Counted from the first letter of the stretch, positions 39,999-48,769 are shown. The stretch: DNA of 55,518 bases from Tolypothrix carrinoi HA7290-LM1 (GCA_019358935.1 JAHHIK010000055.1:1-55518); one strand, 5' to 3'. The notes: generated by a model from the letters alone, not told the origin. Made by a program: numbers and translations.

Positions 39999-41830
39999 AA
40001 ACTTTGATTTGCTGCCATAGTTTTTGTTGCTTGTGTTTCTTGCAGTTGTTGCAATAAAGAATCAACTTCACTATCCAAATGCAGGAATTTCGTTTTGTTC
40101 TGAGGATTCTCACTCCAATCTTGCACCACATCTAAACTTCCACTTACAAAACCAGATCGACAAGCATGACGCTGAATTTTATTACTGGAAGTTTTGCAAA
40201 TAGTGCCAGTCCTAACTAATACCGCAGCATAAACCTGGAGACCGTGATGCGTCGCTACGCTGTGGCGGATATTTCCAACTACCTCATTCACATCCAGTTT
40301 TCGCAGGTAAGAGCGCTCCACCTCATGAACAATTACCAGTCGTTCTTCACCCTTTACCTCTACCGCAAACGCTGCCCCGCAACCACGCCGCAGTGCCGGA
40401 TGACTCCTCTCTACGGTCAGTTCAATGTCTTGGGGATAATGGTTTTGCCCTCGGATGATAATAACATCTTTGATGCGCCCCGTGACAAACAACTCGCCAT
40501 TCTGCAAGAATCCTAAGTCCCCCGTCCGCAGGAACAGTCCCTCTTCTGTGTCTAGCAGTTGCGCTCCAAAGGTTTGCTTTGTCTGTTCTGGTCGATTCCA
40601 ATAGCCCTGTGCCACACTCGAACCTGATACCCAAATTTCACCTATCTCATTGGGCTTACAGCGGGTCATTGTCTCTGGATTGGCAATGACAACCTTCATG
40701 TCTTGCAAGGCTTGACCGCAACCAACCACTGTTTGGCTGGCGGAATCCTCCTTGCTAGCTGTAACTACGCGATTTTGCTCTAGCGCTTCTTTTTGAACGT
40801 TTTGCAGGACTGGCGCTTGGCTTGCATGACCACCAGAAATGATCAGAGTCGTTTCTGCCATGCCGTAACAGGGGTAGAATGCCTCGCGGCGGAAGCCACA
40901 AGGTGCAAAAGCCGCTACAAAACGCTCCATAGTTTCGGGACGGATCTGTTCGGCTCCGTTGAAAGCTATCTGCCAACTACTGAGGTCGAGAGTCGCCCGC
41001 TCTTCCTCCGTAATCTTGTTCACGCATAGCTCGTAAGCAAAACTAGGTCCGCCGCTGGTGGTGCCTTTATATTGAGAAATTGCCGTCAGCCAGCGCAAAG
41101 GCTTTTGTAGGAAGTTTTCCGGCGACATAAGTATGACGGGGAATCCACCATAGAGGGGCTGTAGGACTCCACCAATCAACCCCATATCATGGTAAGGAGG
41201 CAGCCATATAACTCCCTTGCTGTTGGGGGTATGCTCAAAACACTTATGGATCAGAGTTGAATTGTGCAGCAAATTGCCATGACTTACCATTACCCCTTTC
41301 GGTGTTCCGGTAGAACCTGAGGTATACTGGAGAAAAGCTAGGGTACTGCTTTCCAAAGCTGTTCTCTGCCATGACTCCGCCTGATGTTCGTCAATGTTGT
41401 CAGTAGCCAAACAGCGCAATCCAGCTAGTTCTGCATTCTCGGCAAACCGACTCTCGATGTTACTCAATAGAGCTTCTGTGGTGAGTAACACCTGAGGTTG
41501 GGCATCTGCCACAATCGCCTCGATTCGGGACATTTTTTGATTGCGCCTGGGTGGATAAGCGGGAACAGCCACAACAGAGGCGTACAGACATCCGAAAAAG
41601 GCGGCAATGAATTCTAGACCGGATGGATATAGCAGTAAAGCTCGTTGTCCGGTAGCTCCTATGCTCTGGAGTTGAGCCGCGATCGCCCGTGCCTGTCGGT
41701 CCAATTCTCCATAAGTCAGACTACTTAATTCTGTGTCTGTGTCTTTTATAAAGGTATAAGCTCTTTGGTCTTGCTGCTGTTGCGACCTTTCTCTCAAGAC
41801 ATCTACCAAAGTAGAAAATTCTTGTAACAT
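39995..41830 (-). CDS. Fatty acyl-AMP ligase (FAAL)
   Basis: FLQYTSGSTGTPKGV, WLPPYHDMGLIG, CYGMAETTL followed by the FAAL-type insertion (QKEALEQNRVVTAS...), LRTGDLGF; AGGAG upstream. Confidence 0.93.
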   Translation of the reverse strand: MLQEFSTLVDVLRERSQQQQDQRAYTFIKDTDTELSSLTYGELDRQARAIAAQLQSIGATGQRALLLYPSGLEFIAAFFGCLYASVVAVPAYPPRRNQKMSRIEAIVADAQPQVLLTTEALLSNIESRFAENAELAGLRCLATDNIDEHQAESWQRTALESSTLAFLQYTSGSTGTPKGVMVSHGNLLHNSTLIHKCFEHTPNSKGVIWLPPYHDMGLIGGVLQPLYGGFPVILMSPENFLQKPLRWLTAISQYKGTTSGGPSFAYELCVNKITEEERATLDLSSWQIAFNGAEQIRPETMERFVAAFAPCGFRREAFYPCYGMAETTLIISGGHASQAPVLQNVQKEALEQNRVVTASKEDSASQTVVGCGQALQDMKVVIANPETMTRCKPNEIGEIWVSGSSVAQGYWNRPEQTKQTFGAQLLDTEEGLFLRTGDLGFLQNGELFVTGRIKDVIIIRGQNHYPQDIELTVERSHPALRRGCGAAFAVEVKGEERLVIVHEVERSYLRKLDVNEVVGNIRHSVATHHGLQVYAAVLVRTGTICKTSSNKIQRHACRSGFVSGSLDVVQDWSENPQNKTKFLHLDSEVDSLLQQLQETQATKTMAANQSL

Positions 41831-42911
41831 TATATTTTGAATACTCCTAATTATTAGACAGGTGGATTTTGATGAAATGTTTTCGTATGAAGTTACCAGA
41901 TTAGCGATCGCTCACTTTAATGAATGCTGAAAATGCTGCTTTTAACTTCACTTATTCGTTTTTTTACTTGATTTACAGTGTACCAAGCGCTACTCCGCTT
42001 TTATGCATTTTAAGATTTATGCTACTCCATCCTCCGTGCATTCACTTAAATTTAATTTATCTTATTATGTTCTATGATATCCATTATTTACTGAAAATAT
42101 ACATAAACTTTATATAACCCTTTAATCTTTAAATAACCCAATCGTGACTCACAGCTTGTTTTTCAGACAAGATGCACCATAAGCGCAACTGTACTAAGAC
42201 TATCATTACTGAAAGCTCTAGCACTTAATTATTTAGTAAAAATTTTAACTTAAATCTTTAGTATTGAAGTATACTGTTAGTTTTACGCTTGATGACTTCA
42301 ACTTTAATAATGTGCCACGGTTATATTTGTCGAAAATCTAGTCTGAATCCCCGCAACAATATTCTTTTTCTCTCATAAAACATTTACATTCCTATACAAT
42401 AGAGTGTTATTGAAACTACACGATTTGTCAACATTAATTTGTAATCTCTTCTCTAAAGAGGATAACCAAATCCATCACAACTGCTATAAACTAGCGAGAC
42501 TTTAATAAGTTAAACTAATATAAAATTAAGTATAAAAAGAGACATAAAACCTGAAAATAATACATGTATAGGTTCATCAAAAGCATCGTCAGCCTACATT
42601 TACTTACTTTCTGAACATTATTTACCAACTACTTTTGCAGATGTTCCTACATATGCTAAAATTAACACGCCAAACAAAGAAGATTTTAAAAATTAGATAA
42701 AGATTATAAGCTGGCAAGGCAGATTTATAAAGATTAAATGAACATCTCATCAATAATATTTATATCTTTCTCAAGATAGATTATGAAAAAATCATTTGTC
42801 TTTCTAAAGATAGATTATGAAAAAAAATTTGTCTTTCTCAAGATAGATATCTAAAACAATCAAAGCAAGATAATAATTTGTAAATATCAAAGAAAAAAGC
42901 CAAACAGAAAA
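41831..42911. promoter_or_regulatory. AT-rich divergent intergenic region between the BGC and a small peptide gene
   Basis: About 1.08 kb, visibly very AT-rich, no credible ORF, flanked by divergent start codons. Promoters not individually located. Confidence 0.6.
42765..42848. repeat. Three copies of the imperfect palindrome TCTTTCT-(C/A)A-AGATAGA at 34/33-bp period
   Basis: Copies start at 42765, 42799, 42832; linkers ttatgaaaaaatcatttg and ttatgaaaaaaaatttg; ends about 65 bp before the ATG at 42912. Confidence 0.85.
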
Positions 42912-43127
42912 ATGTATCAGGCAAAACAAAAGGCAACTAAAGCTGACAATGAAGCAAATGTTTGGGAGCAGGAAGAGGAACTGGATGATGCAGATTTAAT
43001 GACTGTGGTAGGTGGGTTTTTGGATGTAAGTAATAACAATGTGTACATCCCTATTGGTGGACTTACATTACTGGGAGGGGGTTCGGGAGGATCTGGAGGT
43101 CCGGTATTTTCCAATTCTAAGGATTAA
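42912..43127 (+). CDS. Double-glycine-leader small peptide (bacteriocin/RiPP-type precursor), 71 aa
   Basis: Leader ends ELDDADLMTVVGG; 36-aa core FLDVSNNNVYIPIGGLTLLGGGSGGSGGPVFSNSKD. Confidence 0.78.
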   Translation: MYQAKQKATKADNEANVWEQEEELDDADLMTVVGGFLDVSNNNVYIPIGGLTLLGGGSGGSGGPVFSNSKD

Positions 43128-43194
43128 ATGGACTTGGGGGCTTACTCGACAATGGTCTCCACAATGGTCAGTTACTAATTTATTAACTTCGCTC

Positions 43195-43465
43195 TTCATA
43201 ATTCATAATTTCGGGTGCAAGCCCACGCCACTTGCGCTCTGCCTGTGGAACCCGTCCACCATATAAGGCTTGGTGCAGTCCCCCATCTCCTGTCACCAGA
43301 CGCTCATAGCGTTCGACGGGAACCGCTCCAAAAGGGGGCTGCTGAACTTTACTTGGCTCCTCAATTTATTGATGGTAACAAATAAATTTCCGCTTCCTAA
43401 ATCTTGCCCCCACATTCATGTGTGGGGTAATAATTATGAATTATGAATTATGAATTATGAATTAT
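43195..43465. repeat. Element bounded by inverted heptamer STRR-like repeats
   Basis: Left ttcataattcataattt, right tandem AATTATG run at about 43432-43465, internal hairpin ccccacattcatgtgtgggg. Confidence 0.6.
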
Positions 43466-43479
43466 ATTGACTTTATGCC

Positions 43480-43722
43480 TGTTGAACATATGCAGGCAGT
43501 GGTTGCGAGAAGATCTTCGTTATCACACATGTTATCAATCTCCTGCTGAACTGATTGAACGTGTTTATTCATTTGAACAAGACATTAATTCCCATCCCTT
43601 TGAAATTTGCGATCGCCTGCAACAAATTCAAAGAAAAAATCACCACCAAACAAATCTGCTCGTCATCTGACAATTTCATTCTTGAAGCCCTATTCTATGC
43701 AGCTTCATCTTAAATTGGTATA
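43480..43722 (+). pseudogene. Degenerate transposase 3' fragment(s), IS630-like, with a probable IS end
   Basis: QWLREDLRYHTCYQSPAELIERVYSFEQDINSHPFEICDRL resembles C-termini of cyanobacterial IS630-family transposases (from memory); no start region. Confidence 0.4.
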
Positions 43723-43968
43723 ACTGGTTCTGTAGTGTGATGATAAATTGGACGAACTTTTAAATCTACAGTTTTAAAACTACGAAAAGCCTGCTCGACT
43801 TGAGAGAGGCTCTTATAAGCTTTAACAGTCTCCTCGGCTTCTAAAACTTCTTTATCAACAGAAGTGCGAATGACATATAAACCGTCGATCGCAGCTTCAC
43901 GCTCAATACTTTGCGTATTTCGCTCGCAGTCAAAACTATCTGCTTGAATGTTAACTTTTAAGTGCTTA
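43710..43968 (-). pseudogene. IS1634-family transposase internal fragment
   Basis: Manual translation: EREAAIDGLYVIRTSV...ETVKAYKSLSQVEQAFRSFKTVDLKVRPIYHH; no start codon. Confidence 0.75.
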
Positions 43969-44192
43969 CAAGAGCGTATTCTTGTTTTGCCTGGGTTCCC
44001 AATTACTATTTACACCCAACTTGCAGGTCAATCATTTACCCTTGAGTAGGCTTTTTTCCAACTCCTTTAAAAATGGGCGAACCCGGAGATGTAAAGCTTA
44101 GTTCTTGTGTTCTTATTCAAACACCCCACTTCCTAATTGACTGAAGTGTTAATATTGGTCTGTTGATGTTTTCGTCACTTTGACAGCGAGTA

Positions 44193-44228
44193 TCCCCCAC
44201 CTTTTGGGTGTACCGTTATGGTGGGGGA
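44193..44228. repeat. Hairpin TCCCCCACC...GGTGGGGGA, possible IS200/IS605-type end relic
   Basis: 9-bp perfect inverted repeat; family assignment is by resemblance only. Confidence 0.35.
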
Positions 44229-44405
44229 CTTACGCCGAAACTATTAAATTCATGACCAAATGTCTTTCTACTTAACTCTCTATTAGGTATCCAGCCCTGG
44301 AAATCTGAGAAACCGTTAGAGTATTTGTAGAACTGCCGCTCGGTCAACAAATTTAATAAAAAGTTGCAACCCTTTCGGGCTAACATTTTCAGATCGTAGG
44401 GTGGA

Positions 44406-44431
44406 TTAAGGTTGGACTAGTCCAACCTTAA
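44406..44431 (-). terminator. Perfect 26-bp palindrome overlapping the peptide stop codon
   Basis: TTAAGGTTGGACT-AGTCCAACCTTAA; no clear U-tract, so the terminator role is uncertain. Confidence 0.5.
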
Positions 44432-44646
44432 CCTTTAAAAAATGCTCCGCCGGGACCAAAATATCCCTGTTCCCCATTTGAACCAGAGTATTGTACGGTT
44501 CCTCCACTGACTAATACAGTAGTTGAGTCATCCTGAAAGAAGATAGCTCCTCCAGAGACTTGGCTTAATTGTTCATCCGTAAGTTCGGTAAAAAGTTCAT
44601 CAACAATGTTAGCTGGTTGCACATCAGTCATTTTGATGTTAGACAT
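44428..44646 (-). CDS. Double-glycine-leader small peptide (bacteriocin/RiPP-type precursor), 72 aa
   Basis: AAGGAG RBS just before the ATG at 44646. Leader MSNIKMTDVQPANIVDELFTELTDEQLSQVSGG; 39-aa core AIFFQDDSTTVLVSGGTVQYSGSNGEQGYFGPGGAFFKG. Confidence 0.82.
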   Translation of the reverse strand: MSNIKMTDVQPANIVDELFTELTDEQLSQVSGGAIFFQDDSTTVLVSGGTVQYSGSNGEQGYFGPGGAFFKG

Positions 44647-45107
44647 GAATACTCCTTGGTTTGTGTTTGTGTTAATAAGCACCCTGTCAACTGTATATAG
44701 TATAACACGGGACTGCATTGAACATAGCATATGTAACAGGTAAAAAATTAGACTAAATTTTTGTAATTGATATATTTTTTTTGTTTTTTTATTTAATTAG
44801 TCTTGTCATCTATCGCAAGTTTGACTTTCCCATTATCTTAAGTAATAACCTTAGTTACGGGTTAGGCGGCAGAGGAGTGCGAAGCACCCAAAGAGCTATG
44901 CGATCGCCCGTCTACAAACTGTGCGATCGTGCGACTTCAAGTAACTAAAGAATATAAATACACAAACTAGATTCAAGCATGAAATTTTACTCATTTTCTA
45001 AATACTTTTTTAAGAGTAAATGCAATGCAGGAATGCTTCAACTTTAAGTAAAAACCCTTCCTCAGGTACAAGCATGAATCGATTTCGGGAACACGCAAGT
45101 TATCCCT

Positions 45108-45208
45108 GCAAAAACCCCGGAGCCTTATGGGGACAGCCTTCAACGCCCATAAGGCTCCGGGGTGGTTGCGGATCTATTAAACGAACGCTTGTGCCCCATA
45201 AGTCTTGG
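45108..45208. repeat. Structured repeat with 18-bp perfect inverted repeat, related to 51667-51790
   Basis: ACCCCGGAGCCTTATGGG (45114-45131) / CCCATAAGGCTCCGGGGT (45146-45163); CCCCATAAGTCTTGG at 45194-45208. Confidence 0.7.
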
Positions 45209-45308
45209 TCAGGTGTCGCCCACCTTACCACTGTTTAAATATAATGCCTTACATGTTGCTTAATATAGTGATGATACGGCTCATCCTTGCGCTTGGAATT
45301 CTTTTTTC

Positions 45309-45421
45309 GGCGTTGCTAATTTCATGTATGACGCAGGATTTTGCGTGATATCAGAACCTTTGTAGAGACGCGATACCCTTGCGTTTCTACATCCGAATTC
45401 ATACCGCGATTCAGCAACGCC
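45309..45421. mobile_element. MITE-like element with 23-bp imperfect TIRs and an internal REP-like palindrome
   Basis: TIRs GGCGTTGCTaattTcatGTATGA vs GGCGTTGCTgaaTcgcgGTATGA (reverse strand); internal TGTAGAGACGC...GCGTTTCTACA; flanks CTTTTTTC/CTTTTTCC could be a target duplication. Confidence 0.65.
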
Positions 45422-45765
45422 CTTTTTCCGCATTACTTTCAACGAAATTTGACTTTCTTCATAGAGGTCGTCTTCGATTGGTGCGATGTAGAAGTCGCGT
45501 GTTTATAACTCCTGTTGGAGTTAGTTTATGAGCAAAGAGCCTCCTAAGAAGCGTGGATTTTGTCCCACTGTCCCCACGTAAAAGAGTTGTAAAACTCTGG
45601 CTACGTTGATAGTAAGTAATGAAATCAACCGAATGCAAGCAACGATTGTATCCAAACCTGGAAGCCGCTCTTTGGGTAAGGGCAAGGGGAAGTTTGAAAG
45701 GGTAGAGATGGACACGCGCTAACCCTTTGCCAGATATCGTCAACCGACCTTTATCAATTCAAGTG

Positions 45766-46728
45766 TCAGACGATGCTGCTTCCTTTAAATCTCTTACTAC
45801 CATCTGCTCCAAAGATGTCCCGATCCCAATACGGTTCAGAACCGAAGCGAGATAGCAAGAAGTCGATGAACACACGCACCTTCGCTGGCAGGTTACGACC
45901 TGAAGGGTAAACCGCATATAAGCCAAGAGGCAATCGCATATACTGCCTTAGGATAACCTGCAATTCCCCACTCATGACCGCTTTGTGAATGATAAAGGTT
46001 GGCAGTACAGCAATGCCACACCCGGAGATTGCCGCCTCACGAAGTGCGTCACCATTGTTGATCCGCAGCGCACAAGGCACGTCCACGGCTTGCAATTCTC
46101 CATTCAGGGGGTCGGGAAACTGCCAGTACAGTCGGTCATCCACGTTTGAATACGCTAGACCTTGATGCTCTATTAAGTCTTCCAGTGTCTTCGGGATACC
46201 ATTTTTCCGCAAGTAAGTGGGACTTGCACATATCGCATGACGAATTGGTGCGATGTATTGAGCAACCAGTGAAGCGTCTTGGAGTCTGCTGATTCTTACA
46301 GCTAGGTCGAACCCATCATTAATGATATCAACCCGTCGATCATTGAGATCTAAATCCACCGTGACACGTCTGTGGTTAGCCAAAAATTCGTTGAGCATTG
46401 GGGCAAGACAATGGATTCCGAATGACATCGGTCCGCTAACCCTTAATGTGCCAACCGGGGTGGCGCTGCCCTGTGATGCGATGTCCTCTGCTTCCTGAAG
46501 ATCGGATAACAGACGAACGCAGCGAGCATAGAATTCGGCTCCGGTGTCCGTCAGACTCAGTTGTCGCGTCGTTCGATTCAGCAACTGCGTCCCCAGCCGA
46601 TTTTCTAATTCTCGCACTCGACGGCTGACTGCGGACTTCGCGAGTCCCAGTCGGTCAGCGGCAATGACAAAGCTATTGGCTTGAACAACGGCAACAAACG
46701 TTCGGATGTCTTCAAAGCGATCTAACAT
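45766..46728 (-). CDS. LysR-family transcriptional regulator (CrgA/DmlR-like)
   Basis: HTH FVAVVQANSFVIAADRLGLAKSAVSRRVRELENRLGTQLLNRTTRQLSLT; GTLRVSGP; AKVRVFIDFL. Confidence 0.95.
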   Translation of the reverse strand: MLDRFEDIRTFVAVVQANSFVIAADRLGLAKSAVSRRVRELENRLGTQLLNRTTRQLSLTDTGAEFYARCVRLLSDLQEAEDIASQGSATPVGTLRVSGPMSFGIHCLAPMLNEFLANHRRVTVDLDLNDRRVDIINDGFDLAVRISRLQDASLVAQYIAPIRHAICASPTYLRKNGIPKTLEDLIEHQGLAYSNVDDRLYWQFPDPLNGELQAVDVPCALRINNGDALREAAISGCGIAVLPTFIIHKAVMSGELQVILRQYMRLPLGLYAVYPSGRNLPAKVRVFIDFLLSRFGSEPYWDRDIFGADGSKRFKGSSIV

Positions 46729-46739
46729 TGTTCACCACC

Positions 46740-46758
46740 AGAGAACAGTTTGTTCTCT
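46740..46758. promoter_or_regulatory. Inverted repeat AGAGAACA-GTT-TGTTCTCT, candidate LysR operator
   Basis: 8-bp perfect arms 12 bp upstream of the LysR start, in the divergent intergenic region. Confidence 0.5.
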
Positions 46759-46957
46759 AAAAATGCACATTGTGCTTCAATGCTATCATTCGTCAGGGTC
46801 AACGAAAACACATTCCGACGCGCAAGACACGCATTCTTAGTTTAGCCAATCTCTCCGTCCACTTGAATCGCTTTTGTGTAAGCACAAAACCAGCAAAAAA
46901 ACTTTACACCCTAAGGCACTGAATACTTTACACCTAATTAATTAAGAGGATATTGCC

Positions 46958-47608
46958 ATGATCCAAGCTACTGCTACACCCGGTAAAACACTGCTTACAC
47001 CGTCAAACCATACGCTACTTTTGATCGATCAGCAGTCGATGATGGCATTGACGACGCAATCGCATTCGGCTCTTGAGTTACGCAGCAATGCTGCACTAGT
47101 CGCCAAAGCGGCGAAGACATTTGAGGTTTCGACGATTTTGACCACTGCTGCTGCCAAGTCCTTCGCGGGTCCCATGATTGATGAAACTCGTTCAGTGTTC
47201 CCCAATGACGAAGTGATTGATCGCACGACGATGAATGCTTGGGAGGACGAGCAGATCACCGAACGTGTAAACAAGATTGGCAAAGACAAGATTGTCCTTG
47301 CTGGACTGTGGACATCTGTATGTATCGCTTGGCCCGCACTGTCGGCAATCGAGCAGGGCTTTGAAGTCTATGTTATTGCCGATGCCTGTGGTGATGTCAG
47401 TGTTGAGGCGCACAATAGAGGCATGGAACGCATGGTGCAGCACGGTGTTCAGCCGATCACCGCTTTGGAATACCTGCTTGAACTGCAACGCGACTGGGCA
47501 CGGACAGAAACCTACGAATCTACTACTGAAGTCTCCATGTCCCACGGAGGTGGTTTCGGAATCGGCATCATCTATGCCGAAACCATGTTCGGCAAGCGTG
47601 TCGGTTAA
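46958..47608 (+). CDS. Isochorismatase-family cysteine hydrolase, YcaC-like
   Basis: LLLIDQQ, IDRTTMNAWED, AGLWTSVC, ADACG, LELQRDWAR; GAGGA RBS; divergent from LysR. Confidence 0.88.
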   Translation: MIQATATPGKTLLTPSNHTLLLIDQQSMMALTTQSHSALELRSNAALVAKAAKTFEVSTILTTAAAKSFAGPMIDETRSVFPNDEVIDRTTMNAWEDEQITERVNKIGKDKIVLAGLWTSVCIAWPALSAIEQGFEVYVIADACGDVSVEAHNRGMERMVQHGVQPITALEYLLELQRDWARTETYESTTEVSMSHGGGFGIGIIYAETMFGKRVG

Positions 47609-47679
47609 TCAATGCAGTCAGTTATGCAGGCGGTATCCCGCCTGTGTCTCTTCTGACAGACAAGAGCGCGATCGCTCCT

Positions 47680-47857
47680 TGTCATCTTTGATTACTGAGC
47701 GGGTAAAGTTGCGCCCAAACACTCGTGTTTCAGTTCAAAGTTGCGCTAAGTGAGGGTCTTCCCCTTCTTTCAGGATGGCGATCGCACTTACTCATTTTCG
47801 GGAGAGATAGTTACCCAGGTTTTTGACCCGCTTGTAAGTGATAGTTTCAATTTTCAT
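47680..47857 (-). pseudogene. Degraded small hypothetical gene
   Basis: MKIETITYKRVKNLGNYLSRK* then a shifted-frame AILKEGEDPHLA; resembles mobile-element-associated cyanobacterial hypotheticals (from memory). 3' limit approximate. Confidence 0.35.
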
Positions 47858-48769
47858 GGTGGTGATAAAATATGTCTGTCTGAGTTTTCAGGCGATGCCT
47901 TTGACGGCAACGCGCTCCTTTGAACGCACTCTCCACACAGAAAGCGCTTCGCCCACTCAAAGATAAGCTATCCTTATTCAATGACCTCCTCCCCCAGGTC
48001 AAAAACCACCTCAAAACGTCCCTTCGGAATCATCCTGAGCAAAGTTTTTATGTGCCCCTCGGCTTCGGTACGCCGGCGATCTGCGGGCAACGCAAACCAG
48101 GCGGGTAGGTTCAAAACAACGGAAAATTGCCCACGGGTTTATGTTGGGTTTGTATTTTGGTTCCATATCAAGTTTGTCAATTGTTTAAAAAAACACTCTT
48201 TATAAAGCCACAAGCGTAATGCTGGTGTTTTACTACGTCATCGTCCAATGGGAGTGCTGAGATCGCAATCGTGACTACTGCTGCATAGGCATTTCCTCAT
48301 ATATATTTGCGCTTTCTTACACGCTCACACTACGAAGCATTAAGGGCGTGTAAGAAAGTGCCACTACTGGGCCGCCCTGTAGCGCCCACAGTTTCACTAC
48401 TGGCACGGTTTAAAAAGGGTAAATGCTAGTAATTTAAGTGATTTTCGTGTTTAGTGTCCTCAAAAGCGAAACTCCGGAAAGCTTTTGGGGTTCGGGGGCT
48501 GATTTTATGTGACTGGTTGCACTCTCAACTCAACTGCACAGCAGGTCTTTAAGTCGCACCTTTGCGGGCGCTTCTGGCTGCTATCTCTGCGGCGGTTACG
48601 TCTGAGTGAGTACTCTGTCCGTCGACACGCCGCGCTTGGGGAAGCGGTTGAGGGGTGAGGTGTTGCACGAGTTTATTTCATATGTAACTATTGCTAATAT
48701 ATTATATGAATGAAACTATTCAAGCGTTTTATTCATATATAAAGGTTTCATAAGAATACGCGGGATGCG

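Larger units (their letters stand above)
1..41830 (-). other. Hybrid FAAL-initiated PKS-NRPS lipopeptide biosynthetic gene cluster, 3' part outside window
   Basis: Eleven co-oriented genes, several overlapping or abutting (ATGA overlaps at 3785-3788 and 23982-23985, GTGA at 39995-39998). No thioesterase, transporter or PPTase inside the window. Confidence 0.95.

Noticed and set aside
49..41029. Dozens of short plus-strand and alternate-frame ORFs in the track, some recurring (e.g. MSKLARTNGS...)
   Set aside because: Antisense or out-of-frame shadows of the PKS/NRPS genes; they recur because the modules are duplicated.
1..41830. Assignment to jamaicamide, puwainaphycin/minutissamide, laxaphycin, anabaenolysin or microsclerodermin clusters
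   Set aside because: No halogenase, beta-branching cassette or aminotransferase domain, and all visible A domains are glycine-type, so no gene symbols were given.
41920..42117. 65-aa hydrophobic ORF in the divergent region
   Set aside because: Composition reflects AT-rich non-coding DNA; no RBS or motif.
42261..42274. NtcA-like GTA-N8-TAC site
   Set aside because: No -10 box at the canonical spacing on either strand, and a 6-bp match is expected by chance in AT-rich DNA.
42765..42848. Mini CRISPR array
   Set aside because: Repeats are 16 bp, linkers are 17-18 bp and nearly identical, and no cas genes are present.
42917..43114. Minus-strand 65-aa Pro/Ser-rich ORF
   Set aside because: Antisense shadow of the Gly/Glu-rich peptide gene.
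42912..44646. Lanthipeptide, cyanobactin or microviridin precursors
   Set aside because: Cores lack Cys and the characteristic recognition motifs; no maturases in the window.
44647..44730. Longer 100-aa start for the second peptide
   Set aside because: The AAGGAG RBS and leader length favour the ATG at 44646.
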